A DNA stretch of 57,553 nt from Oligoflexales bacterium (GTDB lineage: Bacteria; Bdellovibrionota_B; Oligoflexia; Oligoflexales; CAIYRB01): contig JBGSUI010000161.1 in the NCBI GenBank assembly GCA_041736175.1, positions 1-57,553 of the forward strand, given 5' to 3'. The notes under the pieces were generated by a model, which did not search any database, was not told the DNA's origin, and saw only the letters and a list, made by a program, of their open reading frames with translations. Below, in pieces: positions 1-8,175 of the stretch (positions within the stretch are counted from its first letter, which is position 1; every line of letters starts with the position of its first letter). Made by a program: the position numbers and the translations under genes.

Positions 1-140
1 GAGTCTACGAAAAAGGATTGAAAGTCAGCGATGACGAGTTTGACGAGATCAAGATCAAGTTCCATGCAAAGTATCCAAAATGGAATTATATAATAAGCCC
101 AATCAAGTAGAACCTGTCCAAGTAATTTTTACACACCTCC
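1..140 (+). mobile_element. Right end of an ISAzo13-family insertion sequence (truncated by window edge)
   Basis: Transposase C-terminus at 3-110 followed by a candidate terminal IR GTAATTTTTACACACCTCC (122-140). The left end is outside the window, so the IR cannot be paired. Confidence 0.65.
3..110 (+). CDS. ISAzo13-family transposase, C-terminal 35 aa (partial)
   Basis: Translates VYEKGLKVSDDEFDEIKIKFHAKYPKWNYIISPIK*, matching the YxxGxKVSDxE...WNYxIxP tail of ISAzo13 transposases. Not in the ORF track. Confidence 0.75.
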   Translation, partial: VYEKGLKVSDDEFDEIKIKFHAKYPKWNYIISPIK

Positions 141-195
141 ATAGGAGTTTCCTGAGCGGGCTCGTCGGACTCGATGCCATCTTCGCCATCACCTT

Positions 196-1521
196 TTAAG
201 GACGCAGATGCCTTAGGAATTGCAGGGGACCCAGGTGAATAATGCCGGGTTCATCGATAAGACTTGGGTCCATCGTAACCACGATTTTTTCGCCTTGACG
301 ATGGCCTAGCTTAGCAAAATTGCCAAATTCCCTTTCAAAGATACTGTGATTTTTGATGGGGTCACCGATCTCCCAGGCCACTTGGATAAATAGGGTGCGC
401 CGTCCTTTGGTGGCGACAAAGTCGATTTCAAATTTTTTGCCCTCATGGTAGCCGTGAAAAGTCTGGGGCAAAAACTGGGCAGCGCGCAGTTCATTAAAAA
501 TGACATTTTCCAGCAGTCTCCCCAAGTTATTACGGATATCAAAGGCAAAGCCATGATCTCCCAAATAATATTTGTGCTCAGCCCGCCGCAAAGTGTCGCT
601 TGTTCTCGCTGAAAACACTGGTGAGGAGGTCACCCAATACACATTTTGCAGCCAAGATAAGTGATCTTTTACTAGAGTTTCATGGACTTTTAATCCCGCA
701 GCCTTTAAATGCTCTGTCAGCCTTTTGATCGTGGTGACTGTTCCATAGGTTTGCCGCGTATATTCTACTAATCTTTCCAGGAGTTCGGGATGGGCATTGT
801 ATCGATCGATTACATCTTTTTTAACTGTGGAATGGCGGATGTTGGCCAAGAGATTAGCACGGGCATGGGGGTCATCTGCTAGGACCACTTCGGGCATTCC
901 GCCCGTCGCTAAATAGTCCTGAAAGGAGTCTAAAAGGTCCTTATCGAGTTGTTTAGCAATGCAAAATTCCTTAAAATCAAAAGGGTAGACAAAACAGTTA
1001 TAGTACCGCCCTCGCAGTTGGGTGGGCAAATCATCCACAAGCAGCTGCGAATTAGACCCTGTCAAAATGATTTTGTAGCTGAATTTTGGGTGTTCCAGGA
1101 GTGAAGCTATGATTTTTTGCCAACCCTCCAACTCGGCGACTTCGTCGATCAAAAGAAAATATCTTTGAGGCTTTGTCGTGGCAATTTGTTTTTGCCAAGC
1201 CACCAGGAGTGCCTTAAAAGCGCTGGCGTCACAAAAAGCCTTAAACTCATCTAAAAATAAGTTGATATAAAGAATATGACGACGATCGACTCCTTCACTG
1301 TGAAGCTGGTCAATATATTGGCGAACTAAATAACTTTTCCCAGCACGACGTTGTCCGGAGATTAGGATCATCGAGTCGGATTTGGTGAAAGCACCTAACT
1401 CCCGCAAATAAGTCGTACGTTTGATGCCGCGGCTAGCTTTTTCGTCTGGCTCCCAAAAGTTAAAACTTTTGAGAAGTTCCTTGAGATTTGGTCCATAATG
1501 GTCCTTAAGTGAAATCCACAC
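196..1521 (-). CDS. AAA_14 ATPase with C-terminal DUF4143 (PD-(D/E)XK-like) domain
   Basis: Walker A GQRRAGKS, Walker B LLIDEV, TGSNS, GGMPE, KYYLGDHG, ENVIFNEL, EIDF...IQV. Confidence 0.9.
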   Translation of the reverse strand: MWISLKDHYGPNLKELLKSFNFWEPDEKASRGIKRTTYLRELGAFTKSDSMILISGQRRAGKSYLVRQYIDQLHSEGVDRRHILYINLFLDEFKAFCDASAFKALLVAWQKQIATTKPQRYFLLIDEVAELEGWQKIIASLLEHPKFSYKIILTGSNSQLLVDDLPTQLRGRYYNCFVYPFDFKEFCIAKQLDKDLLDSFQDYLATGGMPEVVLADDPHARANLLANIRHSTVKKDVIDRYNAHPELLERLVEYTRQTYGTVTTIKRLTEHLKAAGLKVHETLVKDHLSWLQNVYWVTSSPVFSARTSDTLRRAEHKYYLGDHGFAFDIRNNLGRLLENVIFNELRAAQFLPQTFHGYHEGKKFEIDFVATKGRRTLFIQVAWEIGDPIKNHSIFEREFGNFAKLGHRQGEKIVVTMDPSLIDEPGIIHLGPLQFLRHLRP

Positions 1522-1550
1522 CTCTCCTTATATCTTAAGGCATATTTTCA

Positions 1551-1615
1551 ATTTGATGCCACAATTTAATGCATTTAATTTAAAAATTATGAATTTCATG
1601 CACTAAATTGATGCG
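1551..1615. repeat. Short degenerate direct repeats upstream of the AAA/DUF4143 gene
   Basis: ATTTGATGCC (1551), ATTTAATGCA (1564), ATTTCATGCA (1593), AATTGATGCG (1606) in AT-rich DNA. Confidence 0.45.
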
Positions 1616-1802
1616 CATATCTTAAATTTTGTCACTTATATGCAATATTTCGTCAGTCAGAGCCAGGAGCGTTTGAGGGACACCGCCAAATAAACACCAG
1701 TAAGAAAGTCTACTTACCCATTATAATTGATTTTTTTAGGGATTTCCATATACACAGGGACTGTGTCACGGAATTTCATAGAATTTGGTGGAGTTCTCCC
1801 TT

Positions 1803-1950
1803 ATGTACAAAAGACACCTTGAACTATTTAAAATTATTAATAAAAAGAGTATTTTCTTACTGGGGCCACGGCAAACAGGAAAAAGTACCTTGCTTCGCTC
1901 TTAATTTCCCGAGGCTCGCTTTGTAGACCTTTTAGAAGCCGATACTTTTA
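1803..1950 (+). pseudogene. N-terminal relic of another AAA_14 ATPase
   Basis: ATG 1803 gives MYKRHLELFKIINKKSIFLLGPRQTGKSTLLRS*FPEARFVDLLEADTF: Walker A intact, in-frame TAA at 1902-1904, similarity lost after about 1950. Confidence 0.8.
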
Positions 1951-2051
1951 TGCGTTCACCTTCTCCCTTAAGTTTTTTAACATCATGCCGAAGCGTCTCT
2001 GCTTTGAGAAAAAGCTATGATGATTTGAATCGATAAAGGGAGGTAAGCGAG

Positions 2052-3467
2052 ATGCATTCCCTCAAACGGCGGGATTTTTGCCGAGTGCTGGCGGGTTTAC
2101 CCTTTGTGGCGGCGACAAAAGAAACGCAACCTTCAGAACAACCACATTTCTTTCTACAAATAGTGTTTTCGGGGGGGATGGATGCATCCTACCTTTTCGA
2201 TGCTAGGCCCTTGTCCTTTACCGACAATGGTTTCCTTCAAAATTATTTATACCGAAATGGCGATTCGAGTAAGAGTCTCCATGCCGATCCGCGGCCGATT
2301 GTCTGGCAAGATGAATACGGTGGCAAAACACTTGTGTCGCCACTCATACATAGTCTCACGCCATACCGCTCCCTGTTTAGCGTGGTTAACGGAGTTCTTA
2401 TGCTTAGCAATGGACTGGTGAGCCATGGTCAAAATATGTATTTTTTATTTGGCGGCCAAAGTGGGAACGGTGATTCTTTTGTGCCGCTTTTGGGTCAAAA
2501 TTCCCACTGCCCTCTTCATTCGGTCCATATCGGAGACTTTGGCGGCGATCAGAACGAAGGTCCCTTAAACTTTGCTTCGAGCGTTGCGCTCGATGTGGGT
2601 ACAGGTTTGGCATTAGCTGCTGATTTGCGGGCCGGTAGCCGACTGGACGTAGGGAGTCCGGGAGCAACCTTTTTATCTGGGCGCTTCAAAGAACGAGCGA
2701 GGGGCTCTGGAGAATTGTCCCGCGGCGCCGCCAAACTATTAGATGGTTGGCTTCGGACGCCCGCGTTAGGAGCAGCCCTAGAAGCCGTAAAGGATGCACC
2801 CGGATCTTCGGACCTGGCCACATCCTTAGCCGTCGCTCACCAGTATTTCACTGCTGGAGTCTCTTCGAGCCTGACCATTATGGTCGATCATGATCCAGAG
2901 ATTGATGTCCATGGAGTGCCAGCAGCCCAGGACCAACTCCGTTACTACAGTCAGATCGCGGCCGAATTAGAAACGATTTTTTTGTGGTTAACGACCACCC
3001 CCTATGCTCAAAAACAATCCATGCTTGACGTGACCACCGTTATGATAGGCACGGAATTTAGTCGCACTATGCGTCAGCTTGGTTCACCGATTGACGCGAC
3101 GGGTACAGATCACAATCCGTTAACCAATACTGTCCTCCTTGCTGGTAAAAAAATCCAAGGGGGTCGGATCATCGGTAGCAGTGATCTCCAGTCTCTGGGC
3201 ACAAACAATAACTTATCCGACCTTTCCGGCGCACACCGACAACTCGATCCAACCACCACAAGTATCATGGGCCGTCCTTTTGACTTTAAACAACAAAAAT
3301 CGATTGAAAATCTTAGGGAGACCTTTGTCTTGGAGGAATATTTAGTTTTTCCATCAATTGTAAATACTCTAATGACTCTAGCGGGTGTGAATTCCGACAA
3401 ATTCTACCGTTTCGGGCCAGGAAGTTCCCATCAAGCACCAATCCTTAGCAGTCTTCTGAAAGGTTGA
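2052..3467 (+). CDS. Tat-exported DUF1501-family protein
   Basis: KRRDF twin-arginine motif; FLQIVFSGGMD, DVH, TEFSRT and GTDHN motifs; RBS GGAGG. Confidence 0.75.
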   Translation: MHSLKRRDFCRVLAGLPFVAATKETQPSEQPHFFLQIVFSGGMDASYLFDARPLSFTDNGFLQNYLYRNGDSSKSLHADPRPIVWQDEYGGKTLVSPLIHSLTPYRSLFSVVNGVLMLSNGLVSHGQNMYFLFGGQSGNGDSFVPLLGQNSHCPLHSVHIGDFGGDQNEGPLNFASSVALDVGTGLALAADLRAGSRLDVGSPGATFLSGRFKERARGSGELSRGAAKLLDGWLRTPALGAALEAVKDAPGSSDLATSLAVAHQYFTAGVSSSLTIMVDHDPEIDVHGVPAAQDQLRYYSQIAAELETIFLWLTTTPYAQKQSMLDVTTVMIGTEFSRTMRQLGSPIDATGTDHNPLTNTVLLAGKKIQGGRIIGSSDLQSLGTNNNLSDLSGAHRQLDPTTTSIMGRPFDFKQQKSIENLRETFVLEEYLVFPSIVNTLMTLAGVNSDKFYRFGPGSSHQAPILSSLLKG

Positions 3468-3470
3468 ATC

Positions 3471-5312
3471 ATGAATATTTTATCTTTAGTTTGGCTGGTT
3501 TTCACCACTCTTTGCACGTTACCAGCGGCCCGGGCAGCGAGTGACCCCTGGAATGAACAGAGATGGATCCAAAAAGTGGCCAATGCCCTAGAACAGCGCC
3601 AAGATCTAAGTTCTACGACAATGGCACAACTCATGCAGCTGGAAAGGTCGGCCATCGTGGCGTATTTTTTAAACCGCGATCAGTTTTCAGATGCAGCCCT
3701 TGCAGCCCTTATGCATTTTTATGGACGCGACGTGAGTCGACTTAAGGCTGTAGCTCCAGACGGCCAAACCAGTTATCACCCGATGGTTTGGGCGTTGCCC
3801 CAGGCCATGTCGGCTGCAAGAAATGCTGCAGATGGTCTTGCCCTCGATCTTTTTGACCCTTATCCAAAAGTTTTGATCCGGCCACCGACACCACAATCGG
3901 GCGATGCAGATGGCTTTCGCAAAGAACTTCTTAGACGCTTAAAGGCTCGGTTTACGGAGATACGCACTGCCTTTCGTCGCCCCGATGGGACTTGGGACAA
4001 ACTCGCTGGCTGCGATCTCATTCCTACCATCGATGAAGCGAATAGCGGTGCCATGGGTCTCGCTTTGGCTGGTTTTGAACCCCGTCTAGAAAAACTGATA
4101 CGCAGTCGCTGGCTTGGAGTGCTCTCTAGCGAGGTGACCAGGTCCTCTCCACTTGCCGTGGCCGCCTGCGACCGCCCTTCCACTTCTGCACAAGAAATCA
4201 GCCAAACTCTTGTCCAAATAGAGAGGGCTATCGAGGATTTGTTTGCGCAGTTACCTTTATTAGAAACCCCAGAACCTAGCGTACGTACCTTGCGTGATTT
4301 GCCCATCGTCACTGTATCAAAGGAGCTGCCTCCGCTCCTTGACCATTTTACCGGAGAGGGATTTTGGCGAGCACTGCCAAATTCTAGTTCCAACTACAAT
4401 CGCAAACGCGCCGCCTATCTCCTCCGAACCTTTTTTTGTGATGAACTGGGTGCCATCAGCGTTGAGTCAGGCCATTCGGGAGAAATTCATGGTGGCAACC
4501 CCGCCTGCCAATCCTGCCACTTTAAACTTGACCCCCTAGCTGGTCTATTTCGCAACCATGGTTATATGGGCAAAGATTACACGGGAAGCCCCTATCTCCT
4601 CTTTGACGATTTTGGTGAAATGGCAGGTGATATCCTAAATAAATACTTAAATAGTTGGAAAAATCCAGACGACTCGTGGCGTATTGGCTATTATCTACAA
4701 CCTGGTGCCGTCCATCCCGATTGGCGTGGCAACAGTTTAAGTGATTTTCTAGATTTTGCGAGCCGCTCAAAAGATGTTAAAACCTGCTTTATAAAGCGGA
4801 TTGCCGAGCACTTTCTGGGCGAACGCCAGGCTGTGGATGGCGCTTGGTTGGCCACCCTAACGCTGAATTTTAACGCAGCGCCTAACTCAGGTATCGGGTT
4901 TAAACATTTAATTGGCGAGATCCTGCTGAGTCGGGCCTTTGCCACTGAAGATCCAGATTTTAGCCAATGTTACGATGGCCCTAAACCGGGAGATAATACA
5001 GCCCATCGGCCACCTTGCGCGGTGGCGCATCTTTTAGAGGAAAACTGCACATCTTGCCACAATGATCGGGTAGCCCGAGGAAACCTCGACCTATCCCAAT
5101 GGCAGCAGCGAGAGGGCAGTCGGTTCGGATTCCCCCATCAAGACCATGGCACCGATCTTAGTGTCGACGAAAGTTTTGATCGACTGCAAAAGCGAATCAG
5201 CGGGACCAGTCTCGGTCGTCAAATGCCTATTGGCCGCATGATGAACTCAGCCGACCGGCAAAAGCTCTATCAGTGGTTCGGCGAGCAAAAAGCATCTGGG
5301 AAAAGACCATAA
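3471..5312 (+). CDS. Secreted di-heme c-type cytochrome (DUF1588/planctomycete cytochrome-like)
   Basis: Signal peptide; CQSCH and CTSCH heme motifs; NYNRKRAAYLLRTFFCD; C-terminal GNLDL...QMP with a candidate axial Met. Confidence 0.75.
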   Translation: MNILSLVWLVFTTLCTLPAARAASDPWNEQRWIQKVANALEQRQDLSSTTMAQLMQLERSAIVAYFLNRDQFSDAALAALMHFYGRDVSRLKAVAPDGQTSYHPMVWALPQAMSAARNAADGLALDLFDPYPKVLIRPPTPQSGDADGFRKELLRRLKARFTEIRTAFRRPDGTWDKLAGCDLIPTIDEANSGAMGLALAGFEPRLEKLIRSRWLGVLSSEVTRSSPLAVAACDRPSTSAQEISQTLVQIERAIEDLFAQLPLLETPEPSVRTLRDLPIVTVSKELPPLLDHFTGEGFWRALPNSSSNYNRKRAAYLLRTFFCDELGAISVESGHSGEIHGGNPACQSCHFKLDPLAGLFRNHGYMGKDYTGSPYLLFDDFGEMAGDILNKYLNSWKNPDDSWRIGYYLQPGAVHPDWRGNSLSDFLDFASRSKDVKTCFIKRIAEHFLGERQAVDGAWLATLTLNFNAAPNSGIGFKHLIGEILLSRAFATEDPDFSQCYDGPKPGDNTAHRPPCAVAHLLEENCTSCHNDRVARGNLDLSQWQQREGSRFGFPHQDHGTDLSVDESFDRLQKRISGTSLGRQMPIGRMMNSADRQKLYQWFGEQKASGKRP

Positions 5313-5323
5313 AGGAGAGAATC

Positions 5324-6022
5324 ATGAAAATCCGCAGAAAAATTCTATCATTCTACTTCAGTTGTTTCATCCTGACAGGATTGATCATCACTTGTGGAGA
5401 ACGACAAACATCACCTCAATCTAGTCTCCAGATGCTGAGTTCCACAAAAAATCCCGGTATTTCTAGCAGACGGGTAGGTGAGATGGAAGGATATTCATCT
5501 ATAAACGAAAAACTGAGACAAAGACTATTTGATATTGATGATAAAAATACGCGTCAATTTTCCATAGAATCCATTGGCGGTATCGGAGTGTATCAAATGC
5601 GAAAGCTTTTAGGAACGTATAGTGAAGGGTCTCCTACCCATAGGTTTCAAAACGGCGAACCAAATCCCTTTAATACCATGCTGTGGCATCATCAGCTTAG
5701 CACTTTAGCAAGAGGGTTTAGTCGATTATGCGAGATCCAAAATCGAGACAATGTGGAATTTACAGTGATTGATCGAGAAGTGAGCTTTGCATTGCATCCT
5801 AACCTTCGCGCCATGATGCCTGCTCTCTGCGCCGGCAGTCCTAGCTTTACTGCCCGAGAGTTTTGGGAGCAACTCATGCATTATGAGGCCCCTCATAGCG
5901 AACAAGAAGCTTGGCTGCACTTTGTGGACCATGAATTGGCCGCCCAAAAGGATACGTTGGAAAGGGTCCAAGAGACTTTTACCACTGTACTTTTGAATCC
6001 CTATCTTTTACTTCAGGAATAA
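5324..6022 (+). CDS. Hypothetical lipoprotein, third gene of the DUF1501 operon
   Basis: AAGGAG RBS before ATG 5324; basic N-terminus, hydrophobic stretch, LIITC lipobox; ends VLLNPYLLLQE. Confidence 0.65.
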   Translation: MKIRRKILSFYFSCFILTGLIITCGERQTSPQSSLQMLSSTKNPGISSRRVGEMEGYSSINEKLRQRLFDIDDKNTRQFSIESIGGIGVYQMRKLLGTYSEGSPTHRFQNGEPNPFNTMLWHHQLSTLARGFSRLCEIQNRDNVEFTVIDREVSFALHPNLRAMMPALCAGSPSFTAREFWEQLMHYEAPHSEQEAWLHFVDHELAAQKDTLERVQETFTTVLLNPYLLLQE

Positions 6023-6032
6023 GCGAAACCCT

Positions 6033-7844
6033 TTAGGGATTCTCCGCGGCATCCAACTCATAGATAAACGATCCAATGGCAGCCATCAGGGCTGATCGCG
6101 GAAAGGTGTTGACCTCACCGTTTGCATTGTCTACGGCCTTAGGAAAAGCAAAACCCCAATGGTGGGTCCCCATGGCGCCCAGGTAGTAGCTTTTGTTGTT
6201 GTGGTTTGGAAACAGGGATGGCCAGTAGCGAGAATTAAAATTAGTCATTTGGGAATCATTGATTTCGGTGCCATCAATCGCAGCGTTACCATAAAATGCG
6301 TTTCTTAACATACTGTTGAAGTCTACCGTCCCCTTTCCATAGAAAGGGCTTTCAAAAAGCGGAGAAACAATACCCTGTTTAAACTGATCGGGCATAGTCC
6401 CCGTAACGGTTAAGATCCGAAGGTCTTGTGGAAGAGCCGACTGCTGCCACCATGTCATACGGGACTTTACCGTAAGGGTTTCCAATCCCTCAATGGCGCG
6501 TGTCATTAAGAGTTTGAATCCAGCGATATTATCGAAATAACAGGATATTGGACAGTCGAGTTGCAAGAGGCTGGTGCCAAAGTCAAAAACGTATTTCAAG
6601 GTGCCCTGCAATTCAGGATTCTGCAGGGTCTCAGATTGACGTCTAAACTTTAATTCTTCACTCATCCCTTGGGTCGCAGCGGCTAGGATAGGATCGGTGT
6701 TTTGCGAATTTAAAGATAGAAATTGTCTTAAGGCTTGCTGCCATACCATGGTATTGTGGGCCACGATTTTGGTTCCTTCAAAGGTTTTACCGACCAAAGA
6801 TGGAGCATCGGGACGATCCTTAAGATTTTGCACGAGGGTTTTGAGTATGGCGATCGTTTTGCCATTAGCGCTTGAAGGATCTTCGATGGCTAAGTCGGCG
6901 ACCTTGGTCCCATAAAAAGCTCCTCCGAGTCCAATCACTCCTTTGATACGGGATGCCCATGGAAACTGGCTTTTTTGGGGCATCACCTGGGAGATCAACT
7001 CTAAGGCCACAGGTGTCCCTCGGGAATAACCTAAAATATAAAGATCAGAGTCGTCAGTGATGACCTCAAAAATCTTTTGGAGCCTGCGCTTGTAGATCTG
7101 GATGTTCGATTCTAAGGTGCCCAGGGTTTCGAGGGACCCAAGACGTGCTTCGAGGACAATGACGTTGATCCAAGGTGCTCCATCGATATCGTAGCTCCCG
7201 AACTTGATCACTTCAGACATCGGTTTAGGAATGGATTTGAGATCAGCTAAGGAGTAAACTTCGTCCTGTATTGGGGTGATGGCAGATTGCCATTTTTGGT
7301 AGTAGATGCTGTTTTGATTGGTGGCGATTTCGTGAAAGGGGTAGGACTTGATAAACTCCCCAAAAATTCCTGGAATCACCACGACCGTAGCGGGCTTTTT
7401 GGGGGTCTGGGGTTGTTGTGGATTGGCGGGATTAGACAGTCCCCATCGGTACCAGTCGTAGGGCGTCGTGGCCCGGTAGTGGTCAGTCATGGCCGCCATA
7501 AAGGTGGCAGGGTCGCTGGCATATTTAGGGTCGGGGATTTTTTGGAAGTCGGGAGGTGTCAGGAAAACGGCGCGTCCTATATCTGCAGCATTAAATCCCT
7601 CCCGCTGTAGATGCCACGCAAAAAGATCTCGAAAAATTCGATCAGAATCTTGCTCTAGGGGTGTGAGTTGTTGGCTGACAAAAGCGGCCTTTTCTTGGTC
7701 AGATAGAGTCTGGGAGTCAGATGATCCAATCGATAGATTATTACAGGCGGCAAGCGCGCTGAGGGTTCCGCCGAGGGTCCCTATGACTAGCCCCAACCTA
7801 CGTAGCAGCACTTTGTAACCATTTTTTGTGATTTGAGTGTTCAT
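6033..7844 (-). CDS. Exported alpha/beta-hydrolase (lipase-like) lipoprotein
   Basis: ALAAC lipobox; IPGIFG oxyanion-type motif; GYSRG nucleophile; NDSQ and HHW as candidate Asp/His. Alternative start 7862. Confidence 0.75.
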   Translation of the reverse strand: MNTQITKNGYKVLLRRLGLVIGTLGGTLSALAACNNLSIGSSDSQTLSDQEKAAFVSQQLTPLEQDSDRIFRDLFAWHLQREGFNAADIGRAVFLTPPDFQKIPDPKYASDPATFMAAMTDHYRATTPYDWYRWGLSNPANPQQPQTPKKPATVVVIPGIFGEFIKSYPFHEIATNQNSIYYQKWQSAITPIQDEVYSLADLKSIPKPMSEVIKFGSYDIDGAPWINVIVLEARLGSLETLGTLESNIQIYKRRLQKIFEVITDDSDLYILGYSRGTPVALELISQVMPQKSQFPWASRIKGVIGLGGAFYGTKVADLAIEDPSSANGKTIAILKTLVQNLKDRPDAPSLVGKTFEGTKIVAHNTMVWQQALRQFLSLNSQNTDPILAAATQGMSEELKFRRQSETLQNPELQGTLKYVFDFGTSLLQLDCPISCYFDNIAGFKLLMTRAIEGLETLTVKSRMTWWQQSALPQDLRILTVTGTMPDQFKQGIVSPLFESPFYGKGTVDFNSMLRNAFYGNAAIDGTEINDSQMTNFNSRYWPSLFPNHNNKSYYLGAMGTHHWGFAFPKAVDNANGEVNTFPRSALMAAIGSFIYELDAAENP

Positions 7845-7904
7845 AAAGAATTTTTCCACCAAAAGTGAGACGATCGCCGGCTAACCCGGAACCAAGACTC
7901 GATC

Positions 7905-7921
7905 TAGCAATTTTTGGTCCA
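7905..7921 (-). promoter_or_regulatory. Candidate sigma54 promoter for the lipase gene
   Basis: Minus strand TGGACCAAAAATTGCTA (GG-N10-GC). Confidence 0.45.
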
Positions 7922-8175
7922 GGTTTTTGTCTATCATTTCAGGCTAACTAATCTGGGGTCTAGGCCAGTTGATCACGATTTAATCGCATAGTAGTTAACT
8001 TTTGGGCAAATTTTTTTTTTCAGTTTGGGCCAAGGAATCGATGGATCCCTTGATAACAATACCTTGACATTTTGTGAAGGTAGCGTAGGGATAGATATAT
8101 TATCGGGGCCTTGTTTGTGATGTCATCCGTGTGATGTTTCATACGTAAGGGGATGTTGCCACCTCGCAAGTCATT

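Noticed and set aside
8010..8020. Poly-T tract (also T/G runs near 44560-44573) as phase-variation switches
   Set aside because: Intergenic, not placed within a defined promoter spacer, and no evidence of length variation.
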